Below, one piece after another: positions 52,825 to 64,000 of a DNA stretch of 64,000 nt. Position numbers and translations under genes: made by a program. The DNA is from Malacoraja senta (Eukaryota). Numbering within the stretch: position 1 is the first letter of the stretch; every line of letters begins with the position of its first letter. Below the pieces are notes generated by a model that did not search any database, was not told the DNA's origin, and worked only from the letters and a program-made list of their open reading frames with translations. The stretch is from positions 10,170,001-10,234,000 of the forward strand of contig CM075994.1 in the NCBI GenBank assembly GCA_038087875.1, in the 5' to 3' direction.

Positions 52825-55130
52825 TTTTTATTTTGTTTTATTTTATTTATTAGAAGTACATTACATTACAACAAATTACATTAGTACTCATCACGTATAC
52901 CTTATTACAATTAATGTACTCCATCATTTTTAAAAACTAATAAAGAGAGAAGGTTGAAATTAAGAAAGAAGAGTAAGTGAGGGGAAATATTGAAAGTGTA
53001 AAAACGTGTCAACAGGAAAGAACAGAGACCCTGTAGAAAAGAGATTGGAAAGAAAAGATTAAGAGATAGACCCTAAAGAAGAAAAAAAAAGAGAAAGAAG
53101 AGAAAAGAGAAGCACAAGTACTTTATTATGAGCATCTCGCAAATGGGGTATACCAACTCACCATCTTTCATCCCCCTTTATCTGACATCGGTACTTTTTA
53201 AATTACTTTTGCACCTTATCTTTGTAATAATTCTATACATGCAGACCACGTCAGATGGAAATGATCTGACTTGCCTGCCAAGAGGAGTCTTATCTCTTCT
53301 AAGTGTAATGTTTCAAACATATTTGAAATCCACATGTTTATAGTTGGTATTGGGGCGTTTTTCCAGAATTTTAGGATAAGCTTTTTTCCAGTTATTAACC
53401 CGTAATCAACTAATTTCTTTTGAAACATATTTAGTTCAGGGCTATCTTCCGTTGTTCCGAAGATAATCCATTCTGCTTTTGGTGTCAGTTTTATTTTAAA
53501 TAATATTGTAAAGATTTCAAAAATTTCAATCCAAACTTTTTGAATTTTTGTACAAAAAACAAATGAGTAGCTTCTTGAGATTGACATTTATCGCAAATAG
53601 ATGATACATTGGGGAAAATTTTATTAATTTTAGTTTTTGAATAATATAATCTGTATAAAATTTTGAATTGTATTAAAGTGTGTCTTACATTAATCGAGCA
53701 TTTATGCACGTTTATTAAATGTTCATTCCACCTTTCCTTTGAAATTTTAATAGCTAATTCTTGTTCCCAGTCTCTTCCAATACCTTCCATAGATGGTATT
53801 TCTACATTTAAGATAATATTATACAAATACGATATTAAGTTTGCTGATTCAGCTTTTATCTGCATTGCTTCGTCCAGTACATCTGCTGGGATATTATAAT
53901 GATCTTTTGTATATTTTTTCAAATAGTCACATATTTGAAAATATTTAAAATATTGATTATTTCCCAGTTTATCTTTTATTTGTAATTGTTGGAATGATAG
54001 TAATTTTCCAGTTTCATACAAGTCTCCGAACGTTTTAATGCCTAGTCTATTCCATTGTATAAATGATTTGTCTGTAATAGAGGGATTAAACGAAGGGTTA
54101 TTAACTATTGGAGATAAAAGCGATAAATTTCTTAATTTTATATTTTGTTTTATTTGTTTCCAGGTTCTGATTGTATTATGTATAATTGGGTTTTTGTTAT
54201 AATTTATGTTATTCAGTTTCATTGGTGAGAGGAGGATCGCTCCAATATTACAAGAGGAGCAGTCCTCTCTCCCCATTACAATCCAGTCCACTTGCTGGGC
54301 AGAGTTTTAAAGAAGGAACTGCAGATGCTGGAAAATCGAAGGTACACAAAATGCTGGAGAAACTCAGCGGGTGCAGCAGCTTCTATGGAGCGAAGGAAAT
54401 AGGTAACGTTTCGGGCCGAAACCCTTCAAAAGGTTTCGGCCCGAAACGTTACCTATTTCCTTCGCTCCATAGATGCTGCTGCACCCGCTGAGTTTCTCCA
54501 GCATTTTTGTGTACCTTCTGCTGTGCAGAGTTGTCCATCAGTTGAATCATATTTTTAATATTTACTGACCAATAATAATACATAAAATTAGGGAGCGCTA
54601 AGCCCCCTAATACTTTAGCTTGTTCAAGTGTGTTCTTTGTATTCTATGGGATTTATAATCCCATATAAAGTTAGTAATGTCTGAATCCAATTTTTTTTTT
54701 AACTTCTTTGGTAGATATATAGGAATTAATTGAAATATGTATAGAATTTGTGGTAAAAAGATCATTTTTATTGCATTTATTCGACCTATTGGAAGCGTTT
54801 TCCAAAATTTAATTAATGTATTTAATTTATTAAGTAGAGGATTATAATTTGCTTTGAACATGCCTTGATATGTTCTGGTGATTTCAAACCCAAGTATTTA
54901 AATTTTTCTGTAGCTATTTTAAAAGGGAATTTTAAGAGATGTGTTGAGTCTTTCGGTTTTATTGACGTAATTTCACTTTTATTCCAATTTATTCTGTATC
55001 CAGAAAAGGATCCAAAGTCCTCAATTAGATTTAGTATGTTTGGTATAGTAATTTGAGGTTTTGTGATGTACAATAATATATCATCCGCGTATAACGATAT
55101 TTTATTATTTGAATATTTAGTGTTATAGCC
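52825..55130 (-). mobile_element. L1-clade LINE, 5'-truncated ORF2 relic
   Basis: KISLYADDILLY, FSGYRINWNKS, FKYLG, GRINAIKMIFLP, C-terminal CxxC, A-rich tail at 52825-52850; strongly AT-rich. Confidence 0.9.
54307..54518. mobile_element. Fold-back Penelope-type short element nested in the L1, 14-bp TSD
   Basis: About 88-bp inverted arms 54338-54426 / 54430-54518; TGCTG(G/T)GCAGAGTT at 54293-54306 and 54519-54532. Confidence 0.82.
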
Positions 55131-58100
55131 TACATTCCTACATTCCTACATTCACATCCAAGCCACGAAAATATAAAATAAACAGCAAAGGTTGCAGCAC
55201 CGATCTCTGCTGCACACCACCAGTCAGAGACCTCCAAGCAGAACGTCCTTCTGCCGTTACCTTCCACCTCCAACCACCAAGACAATTTTGGAACCATTTT
55301 ACCAACTCGTCTTGGATGCCACTTGCCTTCGCTTTCTGGGCCAGCCTTACATAAGGAACATTGTCAAGTTCCTCAGCGAAGTTCATATATTGGTTCACAA
55401 TGAGTTCAGTGTATTGTACAGGCGCATCAAATCTACCCTCCGCTAATGAAAGCAAGAAAACAGTAGAAAATCCCCTCGCCCGTCCAGTCCACTCCCGTTC
55501 AGTATCATCACGGCAACTCCACCCCTCATGTTTACATCCTCTATTTACCCCTCACATCCGCTTCCTCATCTTCGAATCTGCCTCTCTCTCGCCACCTAGT
55601 TGCAAGATATTTGAAAACCCGCCATATTTCTCTATCTCCACCCGCAATCTCTCGTACATCCTCACCTTCCGCTCGTTTCCCCCGTCCGCACGCCCCCGCT
55701 TCCTCCCGTTCCCGAGAACCCGCGGAATCTCCCCTATCTTGCCCGGTTGATAATCTCCGGGAATTATGTCTGTTGTCCATCCGATGTTGTTGCGATGAAA
55801 CAAGGTTTCAGTTGGCCGCCCGCCTGTGCCCGAGTCTCCCACAGACCCCCGGGGACGGACTCTCTGATTCTCTGATTCTCCCCCCAGTCTCCGTCACCCT
55901 GGATGTGGAAACAGCGCATCCGTGGCTCGAGGTGTCTGAGGATCGGAAGAGGGTGAGTCGTACCCGGATACGGAGGAGTCTCCCTGACACCGGGAAGAGG
56001 TTTACAGAATATCCGTGTGTGCTGGGATCGGAGGGATTCACATCGGGGAGACATTACTGGGAGGTGGAGGTGGCGGGGAATCGGCGTTGGAGTCTGGGAG
56101 TCGCCGTAGAGTCTCAGGATAGGAAGAGAGAGGACGACCTGACCCCGGAGACTGGAGTCTGGAGCATCGGGCGGTGGGATGATGGGTTTGATGCATTCAC
56201 CTCCCCTCCATCCCCTCTCCCCGCCCGTCCCATCCCCCGGAGGGTGGGAGTTTATCTCAGTTGCGAGTCCGGGACAGTTTCATTTTACGACGCGGACACC
56301 AAGTCCCATCTCCACACCTTCACTGGGAATACATTTACGCAGAAACGTTATCCTTACTTCGAGATTTGGGATGAAGACCAGAGGCTGACAATCTGCTTCG
56401 GTTCCACTAGGGGTGTGTAAAAGGGTCGGGTCCCGGGACCGGCGTCAGGAGCGGGGCTCAGGGGCTGTGGGGCAGAAACCCGGTGGACAACAGGTCGGCG
56501 CTGAACGAACGGCTCACATTTAATCCCCAAATTCCGCGTCGTGAAACCCCAGTGAGCGCGGAAATAAAACCAGGGGGTTGTACATGTGGGAAAGGTGAAA
56601 TAAACAGCAACTGAAATCAGAGCTGTCTGTCGATCCGTTCATTTTAACGCGTTAACCGCGTCCGGCAACGGAACAGAAATTACTTTTGTGAAAATATAAA
56701 GATTGAAACAATTGCCCTTCCCGCGGGTTCAGCAGCAGCCGCGGGCGGCGCGTCCTGAGCTCCGGGCTCCCCCGGGTCCTAAAGTCCGCCGATTCAAATG
56801 TAACCTGTTTTCAGCATTTCTTCTCCACACAACAGATTCGTTTTCTTCGGAACGGATCTTTGGAAGAATGGACTCAAACCGAATTCCTGGTTTCAGGTGG
56901 GAGCCCGTTGTGCTCAGGCTCTGCCTGTCTCTCTGTAGGATACGTAGATCATTCCTTCTTTCAGTCGCCGCCAGACCCCTCCCTCACCTCTCTCTCTCAG
57001 ACACATCATTTCTGTATCGGTGCTGCTTCCTGCTCTCGTTCACCGCTTTAACGTTTCATCTCCGCCACTGCCAGTTTTCTACCAGCTCCAGTTTCCTCTG
57101 CTCGAGCCCCGATTATTCCCTTCGCTTTCTCGCCGTCTCTGTCTGGGTTTCCGAAAAAGCCCGAGTAACCAAAGTCCATTCCAAGCCCGCGGACGCCATC
57201 CGCTACTTCGTCTATCCACGACCCCTGTTTGCACATCGGAAATGGAATATTCCCTCCAAGATCGAGTGCGTACAGCTACAACCCGCTTACATTTACACAA
57301 AGTCCTCGCATCTCTTTCAGGAGACCCCAAAGTGCTTTACTGGTGGAATTCTCTTTGAAGTGCAGCCAGGAATGGCAACTGAAATGCGGGAGTCAATTTA
57401 CAGACAAGAACATTCACAGACAGAGTTTAAAAGCAAGCTATACTGTCCAAAGCGATTTGGGTTTATTTCAATTGGAGTATTAGAAGCACCAAGCAAATAA
57501 TTCAAATAAACACAATCTTTCTATTCGGTTCTTATGAATGTTACTGGTCGTGCGAATTATCCAACTGCAACAACAGGGTATTAAATGTATCTGTTGTATT
57601 AATCTACTGACCTACAATATTGTAAGTGGGTTTGATTTCAATGAACCAACCCCTTTTACATTTTTTTCCTCTCTGATTAACTGCCTCTGTTTCTTCCCTT
57701 CTTTCATCCAATCCATCAGGTGAAACTTTAATCGCAGCCCTCAGCCCAAGAGAGATAAATTGTCATGAGTTGTTAATTGTCATATGTACCGAGGCGGAGT
57801 AATGAAATTCTTACTTGTCCTTGATCTGAGTTTGCATCTATATTACTCCTCACAACTGTCACTCCTTAAACTGCGGGCCACACCTCTTCCTGACTCCTTA
57901 ATTATCGCTCCTCGTTCACGGAATGTTGCCATTCCACCCCCTATGTGTAATATTCCAGATTTGTAATCATCATTCCAAACTCCCAACAAAGTGGGTTGCA
58001 AAATCTCTGACTCAGACCTTTTTGCCTGACCTGAGACCTCTGTTGTGTGGGTGGACAAAGCTGAGATAGTCAAATGGGTTTGGGATGTGTCCGCAGTTGG

Positions 58101-58216
58101 TCAAGCAGGATCTGCTGAGAGAGGACATGAGTTAGCATTCTGAGTCTCCGGTCGAAATTTGCCCTGACCCTGTCAGTCCTGCTGCACATTAAAAAAAATG
58201 CTGTTATTGTTTTTGT

Positions 58217-58512
58217 TGGGAATATGAGGCACAGTTCCTCCAGTTTGTGTATGGCCTCACTCTGGCAACGGAGAAGGCCCAGGACAGAAAGGTCAACGTG
58301 GGAATGGGAAGAGGAGTTAAAATGGTTGGCAACAGGCATTCTTTAGCGGACCGAGTTCGAGTTTTCAGCCAAATGGTCGGCAATTCTGGACTTTCACACG
58401 AATGTGCACCAGGCGTCACCAGGAATACAGGAGGCCTCAGATGAGGTGACCGTGAACCTCTGTCTCATTTGGAAGGACGGCTGTGATCCCTGGATGGAGA
58501 CTAGGGGGAAGG
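58217..58512 (-). mobile_element. Penelope-like GIY-YIG relic (paralogue of 25750-26045)
   Basis: PVANHFNSSSHSHVDLSVLGLLRCQSEAIHKLEELCLIF. Confidence 0.7.
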
Positions 58513-61500
58513 TACTATAAATGCAGTCATTTCAGTTGTTCAGTTTAGTTTATTGTCACGTGTACCGAGCTACAGTGAAAAGCTCTTGTTGCGTGCTATC
58601 CAGTTAGCAGAAAATCAAGCCATTTCCAGTGTATAGATACATAATAAGGGAAGAACGTTTAGAGCAAATTAAAGCCAGCAAAGTCCGGTCAAGTACAGTC
58701 CGAGCGTCACCAAAGAGGTAGATAGTAGTTCAGCACTGCTTTCTGGTTGTGCAAGTATGATTCAGTTGCCTGATATCAGCTGGGCAGAAACTGTCCCTGA
58801 ATCTGGAGGTGTGGATCTGACTAATGTCTTGTACAGTTGTGTCAAATCCTGTATTTCATACCCTCACGGACCCAGCAAACGTGTCAAACGCCTTCGTCAT
58901 CACCCTGCCCATCCCTGGTGCAATTTTCATGGAGCTGTGTGTTTGTATTCCAGTGTCTCTCTAGTCTGATGAAAACAACACAGGGCGTAACTTTTTAATG
59001 TATACAATCTGCCCTGGCCTGTTTACCAACTTGCATCACACTTATCCGAGTTAAATAAATCAGCCTTTAATCCACCCATTGGCCCAGTTCATGAAAACAT
59101 TGTTCCATCCCAGATAAATGGATTCACTCTCCAAAATGTCACCATAGAAACGTAGAAACATAGAAACATAGAAGATAGGTGCAGGAGTAGGCCATTCGGC
59201 CCTTCGATCGAGGGCCATTTAATTTGACCATGAGTGATCGTCCAAAAATCAGCACCCTGTTCCTCCCTTCTCCCCCATATCCCTTGATTCTGTTAACGCT
59301 AAGAGCTGTACTTAACTCTCTCTTGAATACACCCAGTGAATTGCCTTCGTTAGCAGAGAATGCCACAAATTCACAACTCTTTGGGTGAAAAGGTTCTCCC
59401 TCATCTCAGTCCGATATGACCTTCTCCCTTTTCTTAAACTGTGACCCCTTGTTCTGGATTCCCCTACATCGGGAGAATGTTTCCTGTAGCCAGTCTGTCC
59501 AATCCGCTAAAAAAAGTATATGTTTCTATAAGATACCCACTCATCCTTCCAAATTCCAATGAGTATTAGCCCAGTCGATCCATTCTCGATAACACTATCT
59601 CACATACAAGGGACAGTTGTTTTTAAACCAAAGTTAGTCTCATCTTAAACTGGCTAACCATTAGAACAGAGATGAGGAAAACCATTTACACCCAGAGAGT
59701 TGGGTGAATTTGTGGAATTATCTGCCTCAGAAGGCAATGGAGGCCGATTCATTAGATGCATTCAAAATAGAGTTAGCTAGAGCGCTTAGGGCTGGAGGAA
59801 TCAAGGGATATGGTCAGAAGACAGGAACGGGGTACTGAATGTGGATGATCAGCCATGATCACATTGAATGGCGGTGCTGGCTCGATGGGCCGAATGGCCT
59901 AATCCTGCACCTATATTCTATGTAACCATGCCGCCCACATACACATCCATATCGTTTACATTACAAAAATGGTCAACAGTTGAGCCAGCACCGAGAACTG
60001 CGGCAAACCATCTGCAGCCTGTCTCCATTCTGAGGAGCAACCCTCTACCATTGCCCTCGGAATCCGACTTTCAGGCGAATTTTGTATCCCATTGGTTTGT
60101 GGAAAGCGTGAAAAGGCACACCTCCAGATTCAGGGACAAGTTTCTTCCCATCTGCCACCAGGCAACTGAATAATCCTACCACAACCTGAGAGCAGTGCTG
60201 AACTACTATCTACCTCATTGGTGACCCTCGGTCTATCCCTGATCGGACTTTAACCTTGCCCTAAACGTTATTCCCTTATCACGTGTCAATACCAGGTAGC
60301 TACGTCAGCGATGGTAGCCTCGCCAAAAGCCTGTCTGTCTTTTCGTTTTTTTGTTGTTATTTTCAGTGTGATTTAAAATATGGATTAATCTTCTCTGGTG
60401 TGCTTTATGTGGGGAAGGCGGAGGGGGTCGGGGGAAACTTTTTTCAATCTCTTACCTTGCAGGAGATGCGATTGTTTACCGAATCATATCTCCGGTCGCT
60501 CTGCGGCCTAACATCATGGAGCTGGCGGCCTTCATTATGATTATGATTATGATACACTGTAATGGCTCGATTGTAATCATGCATTATTTTTCCACTGACT
60601 GGAGTGCACGCAACCAAAGCTTGTCACTGCACCAGATTTTAAAACCAAGCTCTAAAGTCCATACAGTTTGGGGTTTATTTCATTTAAACACTGAACGCAC
60701 CAAACCACGAAATTCGAATAAACAAAACTTTTCTAACAGGTTCGTGTGCATTTTCATGGTCGTGCGAATTATCCAAATTCAACAAGGGGGGATTATATGT
60801 ATCTATTGCATTAATCTATTAATGTATCAATTCGTCATGTTTAGGGGGTCATTACCCTCAAAGAGGATTCGCTCGTAGCTTCCACAAATGCTTCTTGATC
60901 AATTTAATTCTACCAGAAGTTCACTTCTCGCTCCTGCATTGAGGGTCTCTCCACTATTCCGCCTCATGCATGTGCCGCATATGCAGACTCTTGTGTCCCA
61001 GTGAATTCTGGCATCAACAACGATGAACCAAGCACTATAAATGATTACATTAAACCAATCGCATGCTTGTAGAACTTCAAAATAGCAGAATATGGTTTAC
61101 AAATATGCAGCACATCAAGAAGGTTCGTACAAATTTCATGCACGCAACCCCATGCATGTCAGAAAGTCCAGTTCGCTGCAGTGCCGCTTTCAACTGATGC
61201 CGAGCTGTCTAAAGGTTTAAGAAAGAACTGCAGATGCTGGAAAAATCGAAGGTAGACAAAAATGCTGGAGAAACACAGCGGATGAGCAGCATCGACGGCG
61301 CGAAGGAATAGGTGACGTTGCGGGTCGAGACCATTCTTCAGGCTGCCTCACCCGCTGAGTTTCTCCAGCATTTGTGTCCACCTCCGAGCTATCTAAATGT
61401 TTGCGCGGCGCAAGGTCCCCACCTGCTGGTAAAAACCGATACTGCGGAATCTGCCGCTATATTAACCCATCGCCCGTGGGGGTAGTGAATCGGGGGAGAG

Positions 61501-63161
61501 AGAATGAACAGATTCCAATGCTGGAGGCCGGCATCGACGTGGGAGCAGCGGCGGTGACTTAGACACAATCCGGCATGACATGAGAAACGAGCAGGAGAGA
61601 CCTCAAGAGCTACCTGGTTGTCTAACTTGTGTAATACGTTGTGCTATTATTTGCATTGATTTTCATCAACTGAACGAGTTAATACAATGCTGTTCTTAAT
61701 AAACAAAACTTAACCTTCTTATTAAGGAATTAATGTAAGGAGGAGATCAATTTCACAGGGTGTAGATGTCGCTGCGAGACCAGCATTTACTGCACATCAC
61801 TAATTGCCCTCTGAGTAGATCGCTCGGCCAATTCCAAGGACATTTGATCTTCAACCACTTTGAACGAGTTGGAACTTAAACAAAATAAGAGTGTTGTGAT
61901 TGTATTTCAGACAGTTTCTTTCTTTCTAGCGTTTGAGGTGATTAACTGTATTTATGGTGGGGGGAAATACTTAAAATTGCGTCCCTGGATTGTGCCACTG
62001 ATTACAATCAAGTCAAACTCCAGTACAATAGATAGGGGAAAGGGACAGTTACAAGTTGCAGCATATAGTTCTCAGCATTGCAGCGTCACAACCCGCTAAC
62101 ATTTATACAATGTCCTCTAATCTCTTGTCGGAGACCACAGAGTGCTTTACCTGCGTAAATCACATTGAAGTGCAGCCAGTAATGGCAACGGGAATCCAGA
62201 ACCTCATCAATGAAGGCCCAGAGTACAACATCAGGACATAGTCACAAAAAGCTGGAGTAACTCAGCGGGACAGGCAGCATCTCTGGACAGAAGGAGTGGG
62301 CGACGTTTCGGGTCGAGACCCTTCTTCTGACTGGGAGTCAGGGGAAAGCGAAGCGAGGGATGTAGACGGTGATATAATGAGATGTAGAAAAAAATGTGTG
62401 AGAGTCCGAAGAAGGGTCCCGACCCGAAACCTAAGCCATTCCTTCCCTGTAGAGATGCTGCCTGTCCTGCTGAGATACTCCAGCAATTTGTGACTGTCTT
62501 CGATTTAAACCAGCAGCTGCAGTTCCTTCCGACATCATCCGGAGGTTATGTTGAATCGGTATAAAACACAGGTTTGGACCCAACTGGCGCATCAAGCCTA
62601 CTTCTGGTCACCAAACTTAATGAATGACGCGATGATCATCGGGAGGGCGCAGGAGATATTCACTGGGATGGTTTCAAGGATGAGGAGATTCGGGTCGAGA
62701 TTGAGGCCGGAGAAGCGGGTGCAGGTTCTCTGTGGAGAAGGGCATTTGAAAGCTTTCACAGAGGGTTCAAGCTCAGGTCCGGTGTGGAGAGGGGGAATGG
62801 GGGGGTGGGGGATCTTTCCCATCTGTGCGAAGTTCAAATGGGCACAGAATTGAGAGAGAGAAGCAACAAGGGTAATATGGCTGGGGGTGCTGGCGTAACT
62901 CAGCGGGACAGGCAGCATCTCCGGAGAGAAGGAATGAATGACGTTTCGGGTAGAGACGGACTCCAGCATTTTGTGCCTATCTAAGCGGAATAAGTCTTTT
63001 CAATTAGTTTATTGTCACGTGTTTCGAGGTAAAGTGAAATAATTTTGTTGCGTGCTATCCAGTCAGCAGAAAGAAAATACATGATTACAATCGAGCCACT
63101 TACAGTGTACAGATACTCGATGATGGAATAACGTTTAGTGCAAGGTTAAGCCAGCAAAGTC

Positions 63162-64000
63162 AATAGACAACAGACAATAGACAATAGGTGCAGGAGTAGG
63201 CCATTTGGCCCTTCGAGCCAGCACCGCCATTCAATGTGATCATGGCTGATCATCTCCAATCAGTACCCCGTTCCTGCCTTCTCCCCATATCCCCTGACTC
63301 CGCTATTTTTAAGAGCCCTATCTAGCTCTCTCTTGAATGCATCCAGAGAACCTGCCTCCACCGCCCTCTGAGGCAGAGAATTCCACAGACTCACCACTCT
63401 ATGTGAGGAAAAAGTGTTTCCTCGTCTCCGTTCTAAATGGTTTACCCCTTCTTCTTAAACTGTAGCCCCTGGTTCTGGATTCCCCAACATCGGGAACATG
63501 TTTCCTGCCTCCAGCGTGTCCAAACACTTAACAATCTTATATGTTTCAATAAGACCCCCTCTCATTCTTCTAAACTCCAGAGTGTACAAGCCCAGCTGCT
63601 TCATTATATCAGCATATGACAGTCCTGCCATCCCGGGAATTAACCTCGTAAACCTACGCTGCAATCCCTCAATAGCAAGAATGTCCTTCCTCAAATTAGG
63701 GGACCAAAGCTGCAAACAATATTCCAGGTGATGTCTCACTAGGGCGCTGTACAACTGCAGAAGGACGTCTTTGCTCCTATACTCAACTCCTCTTGTTATA
63801 AAGGCCTACGTGCCATTTGCTTTCTTCACTGCCTGCTGTACCTGCATGCTAACTTTCATAGACTGAGGAACAAGGATTCCCATATCCCGCTGTACGTCCC
63901 CTTTTCCCAACTTGACGCCATTTAGATAGTAATCTGCCTTCCCGTTTTTGCTACCAAAGTGGATAACCTCACATTTCGCCACATTAAACGGCATCTGCCA
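63162..64000 (-). mobile_element. CR1 LINE 3' part running off the window
   Basis: [19 protein letters not shown] motifs; (TTGTCTA)n tail at 63162. Confidence 0.9.

Larger units (their letters stand above)
51131..56420 (+). pseudogene. TRIM copy 4, internally deleted (exons 3-5 absent); pseudogene or truncated RING-Bbox gene
   Basis: Intact exon 1 (51131-51541), exon 2 (52311-52406) and B30.2 exon (55888-56420). No match to exons 3-5; an L1 occupies 52825-55130. Confidence 0.8.
1..63160 (+). repeat. Tandem segmental duplication, about 12-18 kb TRIM-bearing unit
   Basis: Landmark ACTCGATGATG..CGTTT(A/T)GTGCAAGGTTA at ~1, ~17660, ~30140, ~31560, ~63115; colinear flanks around each gene. Confidence 0.88.

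Noticed and set aside
55611..55887. N-terminal extension of the 269-aa ORF as a stand-alone B30.2 protein
   Set aside because: Intronic sequence with a TTG start; I see no in-frame ATG before the domain.
1..64000. Prokaryotic systems (CRISPR, retron, DGR) suggested by RTs next to variable domains
   Set aside because: RTs are decayed CR1/L1; genes have spliceosomal introns; no repeat-spacer array or template/variable repeat pair with adenine-specific changes was seen.

Overview
Eukaryotic genomic DNA, most likely a cartilaginous fish (skate/ray-type HE1/V-SINEs and CR1 LINEs; taxon is inference). The window holds a tandem array of four + strand class IV TRIM genes (RING, B-box2, coiled-coil, B30.2/PRY-SPRY; A33/TRIM39/TRIM27-like), built on a six-exon plan of 411/96/234/23/119/~533 nt. 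Copy 1 (2567-13205, 471 aa) and copy 3 (32825-37531, 470 aa) splice to intact ORFs. Copy 2 (18308-24033) carries two frameshifts, a deleted exon-4 acceptor and a deleted upstream block. Copy 4 (51131-56420) has lost exons 3-5, replaced by a 5'-truncated L1. B30.2 exons have near-identical frameworks but hypervariable loops, and intron 5 shows all three possible pairings of the copies (recombination mosaic). The rest is CR1 LINEs (some nested), V-SINEs, Penelope relics, short fold-back Penelope-type elements with minimal hammerhead cores, and GC-rich non-coding retroposons that share covarying hairpins but have different 3' tails. No rRNA, true tRNA or CRISPR array was seen.
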